DNA of 64,000 bases from Candidatus Ryanbacteria bacterium CG10_big_fil_rev_8_21_14_0_10_43_42 (GTDB lineage: Bacteria > Patescibacteriota > Minisyncoccia > Ryanbacterales > 2-02-FULL-48-12): NCBI GenBank assembly GCA_002793915.1, contig PFEF01000006.1, positions 97,368-161,367 of the forward strand. Direction: 5' to 3'. The position numbers and the translations under genes were made by a program. Under the pieces are notes generated by a model. That model searched no databases. It saw only the letters and a program-made list of their open reading frames with translations, and was not told where the DNA came from. Below, piece by piece: positions 1-11,628 of the stretch (the stretch's first letter is position 1; each line of letters starts with the position of its first letter).

Positions 1-98
1 GTCTTTCAACATACGCACCTGAAGCGTACGCGTCTACCAATTCCGCCACTCCGGCAATAAATAATTTTTAGCAGAGCTTTTATAGATTTCACCGCTTA

Positions 99-1841
99 CT
101 ACATTCCGCTTGTTTGCCAGACATTCTTCGTTTTTATATACCATGTATGTATATCAGTGAATCTATCTGAAGGAAGAACGACATTTTTAATGGAGATATT
201 GTGTACCGAGGAAGCGGGAACATATAAGTAATATGGACTATACAGAAACAGTGCCGGCATATCAGTAGCGATATATTCTCCGAATGTACGATATTTTTCT
301 TCGCGCTCTTCCGGAGAGGGTAGTGCATGAGCATCTGTAAGCAGGGTATCTACGCGCGGGTTTGTATACATGGCTATATTCAGTCCGGGATCGTTTCTTT
401 GGGAGGAGTGCCAGAATGCAAATGGATCGGGATCATGCGCCATAGCCTGGCCAAATAGTACGGCATCGTAGCGGCGCGGACGCAAGACATTTTGTTCAAA
501 ATCTCCAATTTCAAATACGGAAATTTCCACTTTTGCGCCAAGTTCATTCCACATGGTCTGTAAGAGGCGCGCCGTTTCCACGAGGTCGGGCGTGTCGGAT
601 GTGCTGATGGTAAAGGAAAGATGGATAGTTTCATCTTTGGATATTTTTTTATCACGTATGCCGTCCTCATCTATATCAATCCAGTCATTATCGGTCAATA
701 GCTGTTTTGCGCGTTCAAGATCAAATGCGCGATCACTGTAAAAATCCTGATCCAATGCACCAAATGTTTCCGGTGGGATAGGACCATAAGCGGGCGTACC
801 TTCTCCTTCAAGTACATTTGCAACAAGCATGTTTTTATCGATACTTAACTCGAGAGCGTCCCGCACCACATCATCGGTTAATGTTTTCGATGTGTTCTGG
901 TTAAGAAAGAGGCCAAACACGCGAGACAGAGGTAGACGAAGGATGGGGAATGATTCATGGATATGTGCGGCGGCGGAAGGAGGAACGGCACTCGCTGAAT
1001 CAATGCGTCTATTTTCAAGGGCAAGGAGAAGTTCTTCGGGTGAGGGAAAAAAGTGGAGTTCCAGGGTATTAATTAATGGTGTTCCCAGCACGTAGTGAGT
1101 GTTTGCTTCAAGAATGTACGTAGTAATGCCTCCCGTGCTGTTTTTTTCGAGCGAAACAACACGAAACGGTCCGGCGCCTATCGGCTCTATATTAAGCGGT
1201 GTTAAGGTAAATTCTTCCGCAGATACGGCGCTCCATATATGACGGGGGAGAATGCCTACGGTTGTATTTTCAAGGAATGGCGCGTACGGTTTTGCAAGTG
1301 TAAATTGTACGGTATAATCATCAATTTTTTCTGTGGCAACACCTTCCCAATTTGCCCGTAAAGGACTGCGATATGACGGATTGGTGGCAAGAGATATGGT
1401 AAATATCACATCATCCGCCGTTACGGGTGTTCCATCGCTAAAACGTGCGTCTTTGCGAATATGAAAGGTGTACACAATGCCATCTTCGGAAATGGTGTAA
1501 TCTTCTGCAAGATTCGGTATCACCGTTCCTGTGGAATCCAGTCGCATAAGGCCCGCATAGGTAAGGGCCGTCATATCTCTGTCGGTGTTTGATACGGCAA
1601 GAAGAGGGTTGATAAATCGGGGGATGCCGATGATGCCTTCACGCAACGTACCTCCGTTTGCAGGTACGGGTACGGAGTAAGCGCGACTAATCGAACCACC
1701 AAGGTAGATACCGGAAGCTATCAATAAAACAACAAAAAGCGCATATATACCTTTCTCACTTCGTGTTAAGAGGCGAGTTGCGGCGCGAAAGCGTAGTATA
1801 CGCGAAGGTTTTTGTAAATGATTATCGGAATCTTCTTGCAC
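99..1841 (-). CDS. ABC transporter substrate-binding protein, family 5 (Opp/Dpp-like), with an N-terminal membrane anchor
   Basis: 580 aa ORF with an N-terminal hydrophobic helix followed by a long periplasmic-type domain. The overall pattern matches oligopeptide/nickel SBP_bac_5 proteins, judged from the translation only. Confidence 0.55.
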   Translation of the reverse strand: MQEDSDNHLQKPSRILRFRAATRLLTRSEKGIYALFVVLLIASGIYLGGSISRAYSVPVPANGGTLREGIIGIPRFINPLLAVSNTDRDMTALTYAGLMRLDSTGTVIPNLAEDYTISEDGIVYTFHIRKDARFSDGTPVTADDVIFTISLATNPSYRSPLRANWEGVATEKIDDYTVQFTLAKPYAPFLENTTVGILPRHIWSAVSAEEFTLTPLNIEPIGAGPFRVVSLEKNSTGGITTYILEANTHYVLGTPLINTLELHFFPSPEELLLALENRRIDSASAVPPSAAAHIHESFPILRLPLSRVFGLFLNQNTSKTLTDDVVRDALELSIDKNMLVANVLEGEGTPAYGPIPPETFGALDQDFYSDRAFDLERAKQLLTDNDWIDIDEDGIRDKKISKDETIHLSFTISTSDTPDLVETARLLQTMWNELGAKVEISVFEIGDFEQNVLRPRRYDAVLFGQAMAHDPDPFAFWHSSQRNDPGLNIAMYTNPRVDTLLTDAHALPSPEEREEKYRTFGEYIATDMPALFLYSPYYLYVPASSVHNISIKNVVLPSDRFTDIHTWYIKTKNVWQTSGM

Positions 1842-1943
1842 GATAAATTAAAGAAGTGACAAAAATAAGGAAACAGAGATCGGTTTAGAGTATCGAACAC
1901 AAGATTATTATGGTAATAATCCCAAATTCCATGCTCCAAAATA

Positions 1944-2297
1944 TTATTCGTTTGATTCCCCTGTAGGTACGGCGTTCGGTATTGTGTTGATGGAAGGAAT
2001 AGTTGGTGCGCCGGATTCATCCGTTAGGGGGACGGTTTCTATATTGATCGACTCGGTTGTCGCCGGCTGAATTGTCTTGCTTACCACAATGGTAAGAAGG
2101 CCAACAAGCAAAAAGAGCGCACTTAGTATAATAGTAGCAATTAGGAGTCCTTTTTCAACACCTCGTTTGCTCTGATAAAATCCGCCTCCGCCAAATGTTG
2201 AAGAAAGACCCGTCCCTTTTTGTTGTAAGAGGATAACAGCGCCAAGTGTGATGGATATGCCGACTTCCGCATAGATCAAGATTTGTCCAAGATTCAT
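1944..2297 (-). CDS. secG: preprotein translocase subunit SecG
   Basis: 117 aa with two transmembrane segments and an LLQQ-KG...FGGGG motif typical of SecG. Confidence 0.55.
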   Translation of the reverse strand: MNLGQILIYAEVGISITLGAVILLQQKGTGLSSTFGGGGFYQSKRGVEKGLLIATIILSALFLLVGLLTIVVSKTIQPATTESINIETVPLTDESGAPTIPSINTIPNAVPTGESNE

Positions 2298-2480
2298 TCC
2301 CGTAGCGTACTACAGGTTGCTTGATAAGTCAAATGGTTTATTACAATAATATACACCAAGAATAGCGCAACCAAGGATAAGAATATGAATACTTTTCTTT
2401 GATGAAATAAATGACAATCACTTACTTTAAATAACGGTGTTTATGGTTTCCTATCTACTGCGGTATACTCAAAGTATAGC

Positions 2481-3086
2481 ATGAAACGCAAATATATTAT
2501 TGGTATAGATGAAGTAGGACGCGGACCGTTGGCAGGGCCCCTTACCCTTGGTGCCGTTGCCTTTTTCGGAGAAGGGGAAGAGCTTTCGAATGATTTCGGT
2601 TTAGGTGGCATAAAAGATTCAAAAAAACTAAGTCATAAAAGAAGGGTTGAATGGGCGATGAAAATAACAAAACAGCTTCCTTATGCGGTTTCATCAATAC
2701 ATGCTGGCGAAATTGATAGCGGTGGCATAAGTCGTGCGCTTAGAAAAGCGGTAGCGGATGTTTTGGAAAAACTGTTAACGGAAAACCCATCAATTTTTCA
2801 TTCAGAGTGTGTTGTTCAGTTGGATGGAGGATTGCATGCGCCTGACTTATTTACCCACCAGGAAACTATTATAAAAGGGGACGAAACTAATGCGCTTATA
2901 TCCGCCGCGTCCATTGTAGCCAAGGTATGCCGAGATGCCTATATGTGCCGGCTTCATGAAAAATATCCCGTATATGGTTTTGATAAGCATAAGGGGTACG
3001 GCACGCGATTGCATATGGATAATATTATTAAACATGGTCTCTCGCGTCACCATCGCAAGTCTTTTTGCCGGAATTTTATAAAATAA
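2481..3086 (+). CDS. rnhB: ribonuclease HII
   Basis: N-terminal GIDEVGRGPLAGPL motif and the typical length (201 aa). Confidence 0.85.
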   Translation: MKRKYIIGIDEVGRGPLAGPLTLGAVAFFGEGEELSNDFGLGGIKDSKKLSHKRRVEWAMKITKQLPYAVSSIHAGEIDSGGISRALRKAVADVLEKLLTENPSIFHSECVVQLDGGLHAPDLFTHQETIIKGDETNALISAASIVAKVCRDAYMCRLHEKYPVYGFDKHKGYGTRLHMDNIIKHGLSRHHRKSFCRNFIK

Positions 3087-3162
3087 GCGAACTATATACT
3101 ACAAAGTTACCCCAACTTTATACCCCCTTGCTCTTTATTTTTTTATGTTGTAGAGTGTTCGT

Positions 3163-3444
3163 ATGTCTATACGCATGAGGCACACAAAGGCTCATAGAAA
3201 CGAACGGCGGGCTCATCACGGGCTTAAGCCTCTTCAGGCGGGTACATGTCCGAAATGTAAATCAATAATAATGCCGCATAATGTATGCGCAAATTGCGGT
3301 ACGTATCGTGGGCGGGAAGAAATTGACGTACTTGCAAAGCTCACGAAAAAAGAACGAAAACAGAAAGAGAAAGAACTTGCCGCCACCGAACCGAGTAACC
3401 AGCCGCAAGGCGAACCTAGTATGGAAGAAATGTCCAAAAGTTAA
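3163..3444 (+). CDS. rpmF: 50S ribosomal protein L32 with a C-terminal charged extension
   Basis: Basic N-terminus, a CxxC...CxxC zinc ribbon and YRGRE motif. 93 aa, versus about 57 typical, with a K/E-rich tail. Confidence 0.8.
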   Translation: MSIRMRHTKAHRNERRAHHGLKPLQAGTCPKCKSIIMPHNVCANCGTYRGREEIDVLAKLTKKERKQKEKELAATEPSNQPQGEPSMEEMSKS

Positions 3445-3513
3445 TTAAACAAAGAAAGACGGGTTTATTTTCTCAATGTAAGCTAAATCTACTATCTAAA
3501 CTAGTTCCTTAAA

Positions 3514-4419
3514 ATGGCTTCACGACATCTTGCGCGATCTATTGCCATGCAGACGCTTTACGAATGGGACTTTAAAGAAACCATCGGTATTTTGGTTTCG
3601 CGTGAAGATGTGTCCTCCATATTAAAGCGGGATATTGACGAGTTTGGTCCCGGACTTGAGGAAAAAGCGTTTGCTAAAAATTTAGTAGACGGTGTGCTTG
3701 ATCATGCAAGTGATATTGATGCCATTATTGAGAAGGCCGCACCCGAGTGGCCCATTAAACAAGTGGCAATTGTAGACCGCAATGTTCTTCGCATCGGTCT
3801 TTTTGAGCTTCTGTTTGGAAAATATGGAGAAGTGCCGCCCAAGGTTGCCATTAATGAATCTATTGAGCTTGCGAAAACATTTGGCGGGCCAAATTCCGGC
3901 AAGTTTATTAACGGTGTGCTGGGAACGGTATATCGGGAAATTGGTGAACCGGGCAAAGAGGATAAAGTACGCAGAGACTTGTCTCCCGAAGAGCGTGCCG
4001 AGCTTCCTGTGGAAAATAAAGTAGGGGCGGTTGTATTTCGGAAAGAAAAAAATACCAATCATTTCGCGCTTGTACATGATGTTTTTGGATATTGGACGCT
4101 CGCGAAAGGAAGCCCTGAAGAGCACGAAAAATTGGAAGACACCGCAATCCGGAAAGTTTTGGATGAAGCCGGGCTGGGGCATTCCCATGTAGTGGAGAAA
4201 TTGGGCGAGAATGAATACGTGGCGCATGATCCCGAAAAAGGGCGTGTGCGTCGACGTGTTACCTATTTTTTACTGGAAACAGCGGACACAAAACTCACAC
4301 TTAAGGAAACGGGCGGTCTTGATGATGTACGGTGGTTTGCGGAAAAAGAACTTTCCGATCTGAAAATGTACGATGATGTTCGTGGATTTTTTGCGAAAGC
4401 GCTTGAAATTATAAATTAG
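3514..4419 (+). CDS. nusB: NusB antitermination factor fused to a C-terminal Nudix hydrolase domain
   Basis: The N-terminal 150 aa are NusB-like (MQTLYEWDF..., FELLF). The C-terminal 130 aa carry a Nudix box, GSPEEHEKLEDTAIRKVLDEAGL (Gx5Ex7R.u.EE.Gu). Confidence 0.7.
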   Translation: MASRHLARSIAMQTLYEWDFKETIGILVSREDVSSILKRDIDEFGPGLEEKAFAKNLVDGVLDHASDIDAIIEKAAPEWPIKQVAIVDRNVLRIGLFELLFGKYGEVPPKVAINESIELAKTFGGPNSGKFINGVLGTVYREIGEPGKEDKVRRDLSPEERAELPVENKVGAVVFRKEKNTNHFALVHDVFGYWTLAKGSPEEHEKLEDTAIRKVLDEAGLGHSHVVEKLGENEYVAHDPEKGRVRRRVTYFLLETADTKLTLKETGGLDDVRWFAEKELSDLKMYDDVRGFFAKALEIIN

Positions 4420-4490
4420 TTTGTAGGTTGTAGGTGTCAGGTTAGAGGGGAAACTCTAAAGCTTGGCACCTAAAACCTAATATTTCTCTT

Positions 4491-5180
4491 ATGAAAGACG
4501 TAACTAAACTTGAAGAAATTCTTGGGGTAACTTTTAACGACAAAGATCTTTTAAAATCAGCCCTGACGCATCGATCGTATTTAAATGAAAATCCGTCATG
4601 GCCGCTTCCGCAAAATGAGCGTCTTGAGTTTTTAGGTGACGCTGTTTTGGAACTGGCGGTAACGCGTTATTTGTATCTTAATTTTGAGAATCCGGAAGGC
4701 GAGCTTACGAGTTATCGTGCGGCATTGGTAAATTCTATCATGCTTACGCGTTTGGCGGCCGATCTGAATCTTAACGATTTTTTACTTCTTTCTCGCGGTG
4801 AAGCCAAGGATGAAGGCAAGGCGCGCATGTATATTTTGGCAAATACGGTGGAAGCCGTTATAGGTGCAATCTATCTGGACGGGGGGTATGATGTTGCGGA
4901 GGCCTTCATTATGCGTGTCCTTATTCCTTATATGGATGAGGTTCTGGAAAAGAAATTATATCGGGATGCAAAAAGTTATTTTCAAGAAAAAGCACAGGAA
5001 GTTGAAGGTATTACGCCTACGTATCATGTTATAAAAGAATGGGGACCTGATCATGCCAAAAACTTTATTGTGGGAGTATATATCGGAGATAATCTTGTTG
5101 CCGAAGGAGAAGGGTCGTCAAAACAAATTGCGCAACAGCATGCCGCAGAAAATGGTATTAAGATAAAGGAGTGGGAGTGA
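4491..5180 (+). CDS. rnc: ribonuclease III
   Basis: RNase III signature ERLEFLGDAVLELAV and a C-terminal dsRBD-like region. Confidence 0.85.
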   Translation: MKDVTKLEEILGVTFNDKDLLKSALTHRSYLNENPSWPLPQNERLEFLGDAVLELAVTRYLYLNFENPEGELTSYRAALVNSIMLTRLAADLNLNDFLLLSRGEAKDEGKARMYILANTVEAVIGAIYLDGGYDVAEAFIMRVLIPYMDEVLEKKLYRDAKSYFQEKAQEVEGITPTYHVIKEWGPDHAKNFIVGVYIGDNLVAEGEGSSKQIAQQHAAENGIKIKEWE

Positions 5181-5234
5181 TGTATCTATCCTTTTTTCCT
5201 TACCACTTCCGATTTTCTACGGTATACTAATTTT

Positions 5235-7454
5235 GTGAGCATCCTTAAACAACTGGAAATTACCGGATTTAAATCGTTTGCCAAGCCGGTAACGATAGAG
5301 TTTGACGCGCCCATTACCGGTGTTGTCGGCCCGAACGGTTCGGGAAAATCAAATGTATCAGAGGCTATCAAATGGGTACTGGGCGAACAATCCATGAAGT
5401 CTTTGCGTGGAAAGCGCGGGGAAGATCTTATTTTCAACGGTTCGGGTTCGGTGTCTCAGCTCGGCAAAGCAAAGGTTTCCATTACGTTCGATAATAGTAG
5501 TAAGGTGCTTCCTCTTGATTTTGATGAGGTGATTGTTTCGCGTGAGGTATATCGGGACGGAGCGAATGAATATAAATTAAACGGATCTTCCGTGCGCCTA
5601 AAGGATGTTGTGGAACTTATGAGTAATGTGGGCGTAGGCGGATCGGGGCATCATATTATAAGCCAGGGGGAGGCGGATAGGATTTTACATGCATCACCCA
5701 AAGAAAAGCGCGCCATGCTGGAGGATGCGCTGGGGCTTAAAATTTATCAGATAAAGAAAGCGGAAACGGAGCGCAAGCTTGAGCATACGGAAACAAACAT
5801 GGTCCAAGTGGAGGCTCTTCGTCGCGAAGTGGCGCCGCATCTGACATTTTTACGCACGCAGGCGAAAAAAGTGGAAGCATCAAGTAAGTTACGGGAAGAG
5901 CTTAGGCAAAACGTTGCGGAATATATTGCACGGGAAAAGCATGCCATTGATAAAGAATATGCTCGTGTGGAGGCGGAGGAGGCGCCGTATAAAAAAGCAT
6001 ATGAAGAACTTGAAAAAGATTTGCATCTCATACGTTCGTCTTTTCCGAAAGGAGATGAGAAAATAGATACGGCTCACCAAAAAAAACAAGAGACGTACCG
6101 GCATGAGATGAATGAAATAGAGGAGCAGTATCGTGGATTAGAGCGTGAATTCGGCCGTTTGGAAGGACAACTTGCTGTTCTGGCAAAATCTTCCGCACCT
6201 ATTGTCTCATCACACGATGAACGCCATATTGCGGTCGGGGAGGTTAAGGACATTTTAGAGGAAATGCTTTCAATGCTTGCCGATATGGAGAACAGTAGTT
6301 CCGTAAGGGATGTGCAGGAAATTATTACACGCATACGCACGCACGCGGAGTCATTTTTGGAGCGTCTTTCCGTAAAGAAACCAAAAGAGGATATTGACAG
6401 TCAGCCCGCGGAGGAAATACATACTCTCACGAAAGAGAAGGAGTTTATGAATGATGCTATGCGGAAGCTGGCGGAGAAACGGGATGAAATGAGCCTGGTG
6501 ATGCAAAAAGAGAATGAGGACTTTATATCTTCGCGTCGGGCGCACGCGGACGCGGAGCGGCGCATGCACGATCGGGAAGCGGAATTATATACGGTAAAGG
6601 AGACGCTTCAGAAGTATGCGTTTATGAAAGAGCGTGTTCGGCTTCGGGAAGATGAATGGACGCGCGAGCATGAAGAAATGAAGCATATAGTGGAACAAGC
6701 GGACATGGGACGTTATACAGAGGCGTTTTCCCGGGAGGAACGTGAGCAACTTCGCCGGTCTATCCAACGGCTTAAGATAAAACTGGAAGAAGTGGGCGGT
6801 ATTGATACTGCTGTTTTGGAGGAATATAACGAAGTCGCCGAGCGCGATCAATTTTTAGAAAAAGAACTTTCCGATTTGCGGGAATCGGACGAATCTCTTC
6901 GCGCGCTGATGGAAGAATTACAAACACACCTCGAACATGATTTTCAAAAGGGTATTACGCAGATTAATATCGAGTTTGCTCATTTGTTTCAGACAATGTT
7001 TGGGGGAGGCAACGCTTCTCTTATTACCGTTAAAGAAAAAAAACGAAAACAAAACCGCGAGGAAGAATATGAGCAGGAAGAAAATGGCGTTGAGGATGAT
7101 GGGGAAGCCGGTATAGAGATAGCTGTAGATCTTCCGCGGAAACGTATTAAAAATCTTGATATGCTTTCCGGCGGAGAGCGCGCTCTTACCTCAATTGCTC
7201 TTTTATTTGCGATGTCTATTGTCAATCCGCCGCCGTTTTTGGTGCTTGATGAAACGGATGCGGCGCTCGATGAAGCAAATTCACAGCGGTACGGTGCCAT
7301 GCTTCAGCAACTTTCCAAAGAAACACAGCTTATTGTCATAACGCATAATCGTCAAACAATGAAAGAAGCGGGTATTCTTTACGGGGTTACAATGGGATCG
7401 GACGGTATCTCGAAGATATTATCGGTTAAATTTAATGAAGAAAAAACGCCATAA
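5235..7454 (+). CDS. smc: chromosome segregation SMC-like ATPase (short, 739 aa)
   Basis: N-terminal Walker A (GPNGSGKSN), a long coiled-coil region, and a C-terminal ABC signature LSGGERALTSIALLFA with Walker B VLDETDAALD. Sits at the conserved rnc-smc position. Confidence 0.7.
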   Translation: MSILKQLEITGFKSFAKPVTIEFDAPITGVVGPNGSGKSNVSEAIKWVLGEQSMKSLRGKRGEDLIFNGSGSVSQLGKAKVSITFDNSSKVLPLDFDEVIVSREVYRDGANEYKLNGSSVRLKDVVELMSNVGVGGSGHHIISQGEADRILHASPKEKRAMLEDALGLKIYQIKKAETERKLEHTETNMVQVEALRREVAPHLTFLRTQAKKVEASSKLREELRQNVAEYIAREKHAIDKEYARVEAEEAPYKKAYEELEKDLHLIRSSFPKGDEKIDTAHQKKQETYRHEMNEIEEQYRGLEREFGRLEGQLAVLAKSSAPIVSSHDERHIAVGEVKDILEEMLSMLADMENSSSVRDVQEIITRIRTHAESFLERLSVKKPKEDIDSQPAEEIHTLTKEKEFMNDAMRKLAEKRDEMSLVMQKENEDFISSRRAHADAERRMHDREAELYTVKETLQKYAFMKERVRLREDEWTREHEEMKHIVEQADMGRYTEAFSREEREQLRRSIQRLKIKLEEVGGIDTAVLEEYNEVAERDQFLEKELSDLRESDESLRALMEELQTHLEHDFQKGITQINIEFAHLFQTMFGGGNASLITVKEKKRKQNREEEYEQEENGVEDDGEAGIEIAVDLPRKRIKNLDMLSGGERALTSIALLFAMSIVNPPPFLVLDETDAALDEANSQRYGAMLQQLSKETQLIVITHNRQTMKEAGILYGVTMGSDGISKILSVKFNEEKTP

Positions 7455-7523
7455 TGTTATGTATCATGTCTTTTCGGGAGTACTGTGTATGTGGGGGGAC
7501 TTGATTTTTAGCGGATATCCTGT

Positions 7524-7949
7524 ATGATAGGCACCATGGTAACTATACGACTCCAACGCGTGGGAAAACGGAACGATCCGAGTTATCGGGTTGTTTTGAC
7601 GGATACCCGTCGCGGACCAAAAAGTGGTGGGTTTATCGAGATTCTAGGATCTTACAATCCCAAACAAAAAGGGTCTTTCCGCGTGAAGGAAGATCGTGTT
7701 TCGCATTGGATTGCATCCGGCGCACAGGCATCGGATACGGTGCATAATTTGCTTGTCAGTGCAAAAGTAATTGATAAGCCAAAAAGGAATGTTGTACCGC
7801 CCGCAAAACCAAAAGCGGAAAGCGAAGAAAAGGAAGCAGTAAAGGAAAAAGAAGAAAGCGTGGAAGATAAACCGTCTGAATCTAAGACGGCAGATGAGAA
7901 AAAAGATGAGAATCCTCCGGCGGAACAGGAAGTATCGGAAGAAAAATAA
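7524..7949 (+). CDS. rpsP: 30S ribosomal protein S16 with a C-terminal K/E-rich extension
   Basis: MVTIRLQRVGKRNDPSYRVV is an S16 N-terminus. 141 aa, with an acidic/basic tail after about residue 85. Confidence 0.85.
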   Translation: MIGTMVTIRLQRVGKRNDPSYRVVLTDTRRGPKSGGFIEILGSYNPKQKGSFRVKEDRVSHWIASGAQASDTVHNLLVSAKVIDKPKRNVVPPAKPKAESEEKEAVKEKEESVEDKPSESKTADEKKDENPPAEQEVSEEK

Positions 7950-7954
7950 AATAG

Positions 7955-7982
7955 TTGACTTTTTAATAATATATGCTATAAT
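7955..7982 (+). promoter_or_regulatory. sigma70-like promoter (TTGACT, 16 nt spacer, TATAAT) upstream of the KH-protein gene
   Basis: Exact consensus hexamers read directly in the sequence. Confidence 0.35.
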
Positions 7983-8077
7983 TTTTGTTATTCATACAGG
8001 AAGGTCGATTTACAGATTATCGGAATCGGAGCATATCCAAGTAAATCTCGGTTAGTGGCAGAAAAACAGATTTTCGG

Positions 8078-8416
8078 ATGTGTTCTCTAGCGAATGAATC
8101 AATGGCATATTCTGATCAGGATTTCCTTGAATTCGTTGTAAAGGCTCTTGTAGACAACCCCGAAGAAGTTTCGGTTGACCGCAAGGTTGATGAGATGGGA
8201 GTTCTTCTTACTCTCAAAGTAGCTCCTTCAAACATGGGGCAGATCATCGGCCGTAACGGTGCTACAGCAAAAGCCATTCGCAGTCTTCTCCGTGTTGTGG
8301 GCATTAAAAATAATGCACGCGTAAACCTCAAGATAGAGGAACCGGAAGGCCGCGAAGAACGAATACGGGAAAGCAGCAGAGGCGTTGACGACGTTGTTGA
8401 CGATCTAAAGCTCTAA
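8078..8416 (+). CDS. KH-domain RNA-binding protein (UPF0109/YlqC-like)
   Basis: KH-type GxxG region (IIGRNGATAKAIRSL) and the conserved rpsP-KH-trmD neighbourhood. The true start is probably the ATG at 8102. Confidence 0.7.
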   Translation: MCSLANESMAYSDQDFLEFVVKALVDNPEEVSVDRKVDEMGVLLTLKVAPSNMGQIIGRNGATAKAIRSLLRVVGIKNNARVNLKIEEPEGREERIRESSRGVDDVVDDLKL

Positions 8417-8435
8417 TACGTATCTTTAATAAAAA

Positions 8436-8470
8436 TCACCGCGACAATTGCCGCGGTGATTTTTCTTTGT
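8436..8470 (+). terminator. rho-independent terminator after the KH-protein gene
   Basis: atcaccgcg...cgcggtgat stem followed by a T-run. Confidence 0.4.
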
Positions 8471-8505
8471 ATGTTGTATGCGAAAAATAAAAAAGGCGAA
8501 ATGCC

Positions 8506-8739
8506 TTATTTGTGTACCACTATAATATCATTATGTCTTGGCGAAAAATGAAGCTCCGCCGGCGAATCCGCCGGTGCGATAATTCTTGTCGCTATCGGCA
8601 TGCCGATAGTGCATACGCCTATAATAACGGCGCATATTTCAGATCCTAAACAGTAAACACCGTGTGATAAAGAGCAAGCCATAATCCCAAGAGTGGCTAT
8701 GTTCGCCGCAACCAAAGAGAGAAAGATATATACCTTCAT
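8506..8739 (-). CDS. hypothetical small Cys-rich membrane protein
   Basis: 77 aa ORF with two hydrophobic helices. No recognisable family. Confidence 0.25.
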   Translation of the reverse strand: MKVYIFLSLVAANIATLGIMACSLSHGVYCLGSEICAVIIGVCTIGMPIATRIIAPADSPAELHFSPRHNDIIVVHK

Positions 8740-8852
8740 AGACCTCCCCTATAGATACAATATACATCTACTCTCTATAATACATTATATTTTAAAATAG
8801 AAAAGGATATAGATTATTTTCTATATGGCATTCGCTAGTATATACTATCATT

Positions 8853-9560
8853 ATGCGATTCGACATAATAACAATCTTTCCGCGTATATTTGATTCCTAT
8901 TTTGGAGAGTCAATTATTAAGCGTGCACAGGAAACAAAAAAAGTATCTTTTCATGTGCACAATCTGCGCGATTATGCAGAAAATAAGCATCATCAGGTTG
9001 ATGATAAGCCGTATGGGGGCGGTGCCGGTATGGTTCTGATGGCGGAACCGATTTTAAAAGCATGTGTCAATCTTAAGAAAAAGAAAAGATCGGAGCAGGA
9101 GAAGGAAAAAGTGGTTATCTTTTCGGCAAAAGGAAAGCTGTTTACGCAAAAAATGGCGCAAGACTGGGCAAAAAAATATGACCGGCTTATTTTTATCACC
9201 GGACGATATGAAGGAATTGATGAGCGTGTGAAAAAAGTGTTGAAGGCGGAGGAGGTTTCTATAGGACCATACGTTCTTACCGATGGGGATGTGGCGGTTA
9301 TGGTGGCGGTGTCTGCTGTAACGCGCCTTATTCCCGGTGTTATTACATTTGAATCACTGAAAGAGGAATCGCATTGGGCGCGCGTATTATCCAAGGAAAA
9401 GAAAGGAGATCATATGCCTTCGAGCGGTACATTGGAATATCCGCACTATACGCGTCCGGAAGTGCTTGAATATAACGGAAAAAAGTATCGCGTTCCCAAG
9501 GTGTTATTATCGGGGAATCATAAAGATATAGAGAAGTGGCGCAGTGAACACAGAACATAA
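8853..9560 (+). CDS. trmD: tRNA (guanine37-N1)-methyltransferase
   Basis: MRFDIITIFP... N-terminus and the SPOUT TrmD pattern. Confidence 0.85.
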   Translation: MRFDIITIFPRIFDSYFGESIIKRAQETKKVSFHVHNLRDYAENKHHQVDDKPYGGGAGMVLMAEPILKACVNLKKKKRSEQEKEKVVIFSAKGKLFTQKMAQDWAKKYDRLIFITGRYEGIDERVKKVLKAEEVSIGPYVLTDGDVAVMVAVSAVTRLIPGVITFESLKEESHWARVLSKEKKGDHMPSSGTLEYPHYTRPEVLEYNGKKYRVPKVLLSGNHKDIEKWRSEHRT

Positions 9561-9579
9561 GCACTCCCTTCTTCGTGGG

Positions 9580-9608
9580 GTTGACCGCCGGGCAGGATAT
9601 GTATATAA
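9580..9608 (+). promoter_or_regulatory. canonical sigma70 promoter (TTGACC, 17 nt spacer, TATAAT) upstream of the 16S rRNA gene
   Basis: Consensus hexamers with optimal spacing, about 140 nt upstream of the 16S 5' end. Confidence 0.45.
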
Positions 9609-9744
9609 TGGACGCACACTCATATTTTGCAAGATCGTTGAAAATCTATTCTATTGTTCCGGTCGAACACGGTGCGCACTTTTTGTGTGCTGTGTTCATA
9701 TTCTGAATATTATAATGAGTAATATCACTATGGTATTTGGATTT

Positions 9745-11215
<1,471 letters not shown>

Positions 11216-11344
11216 TAAGGATATACATCTCATGCTAACGGCATGAGTATGGTCGTTCGAATATTTGCGGATATATGGCAAGTATTTGAAACGGTTTGGT
11301 CGTCACCAATCAGAAAACGACTCCGGAACAATAGAATAGGCGTT

Positions 11345-11386
11345 CAACACAAAAAGCCGCCGTCAAACGGCGGTTTTTTGTGTTGG
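11345..11386 (+). terminator. long perfect hairpin with a T-run in the 16S-tRNA spacer
   Basis: caacacaaaaagccgcc / ggcggttttttgtgttgg, a 17 bp stem with a 7 nt loop. Confidence 0.4.
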
Positions 11387-11544
11387 TGGGAGTAAGTAAA
11401 TGGAATGCAGGAAATGGCAATAATCGTTTATGGGCGGTTATCATATTGAAAAATAGAGTAAAACAGTGTAGGCTATGTTCTATAGATACGGGTGTTCAGC
11501 TCAAGCCGGTTTAATCCGTTCTGAACAAGTGCCTTATAATTAAT

Positions 11545-11618
11545 GGGCGTGTAGCTCAGCTGGTTAGAGCGCGTCACTGATAATGACGAGGTCGGAGGTT
11601 CGAGTCCTCCCACGCCCA
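11545..11618 (+). tRNA. tRNA-Ile (anticodon GAT)
   Basis: Cloverleaf read by hand: acceptor gggcgtg/cacgccc, anticodon loop ctGATaa, T-loop ttcgagt. No encoded CCA. Confidence 0.9.
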
Positions 11619-11628
11619 CAGAATGGAT

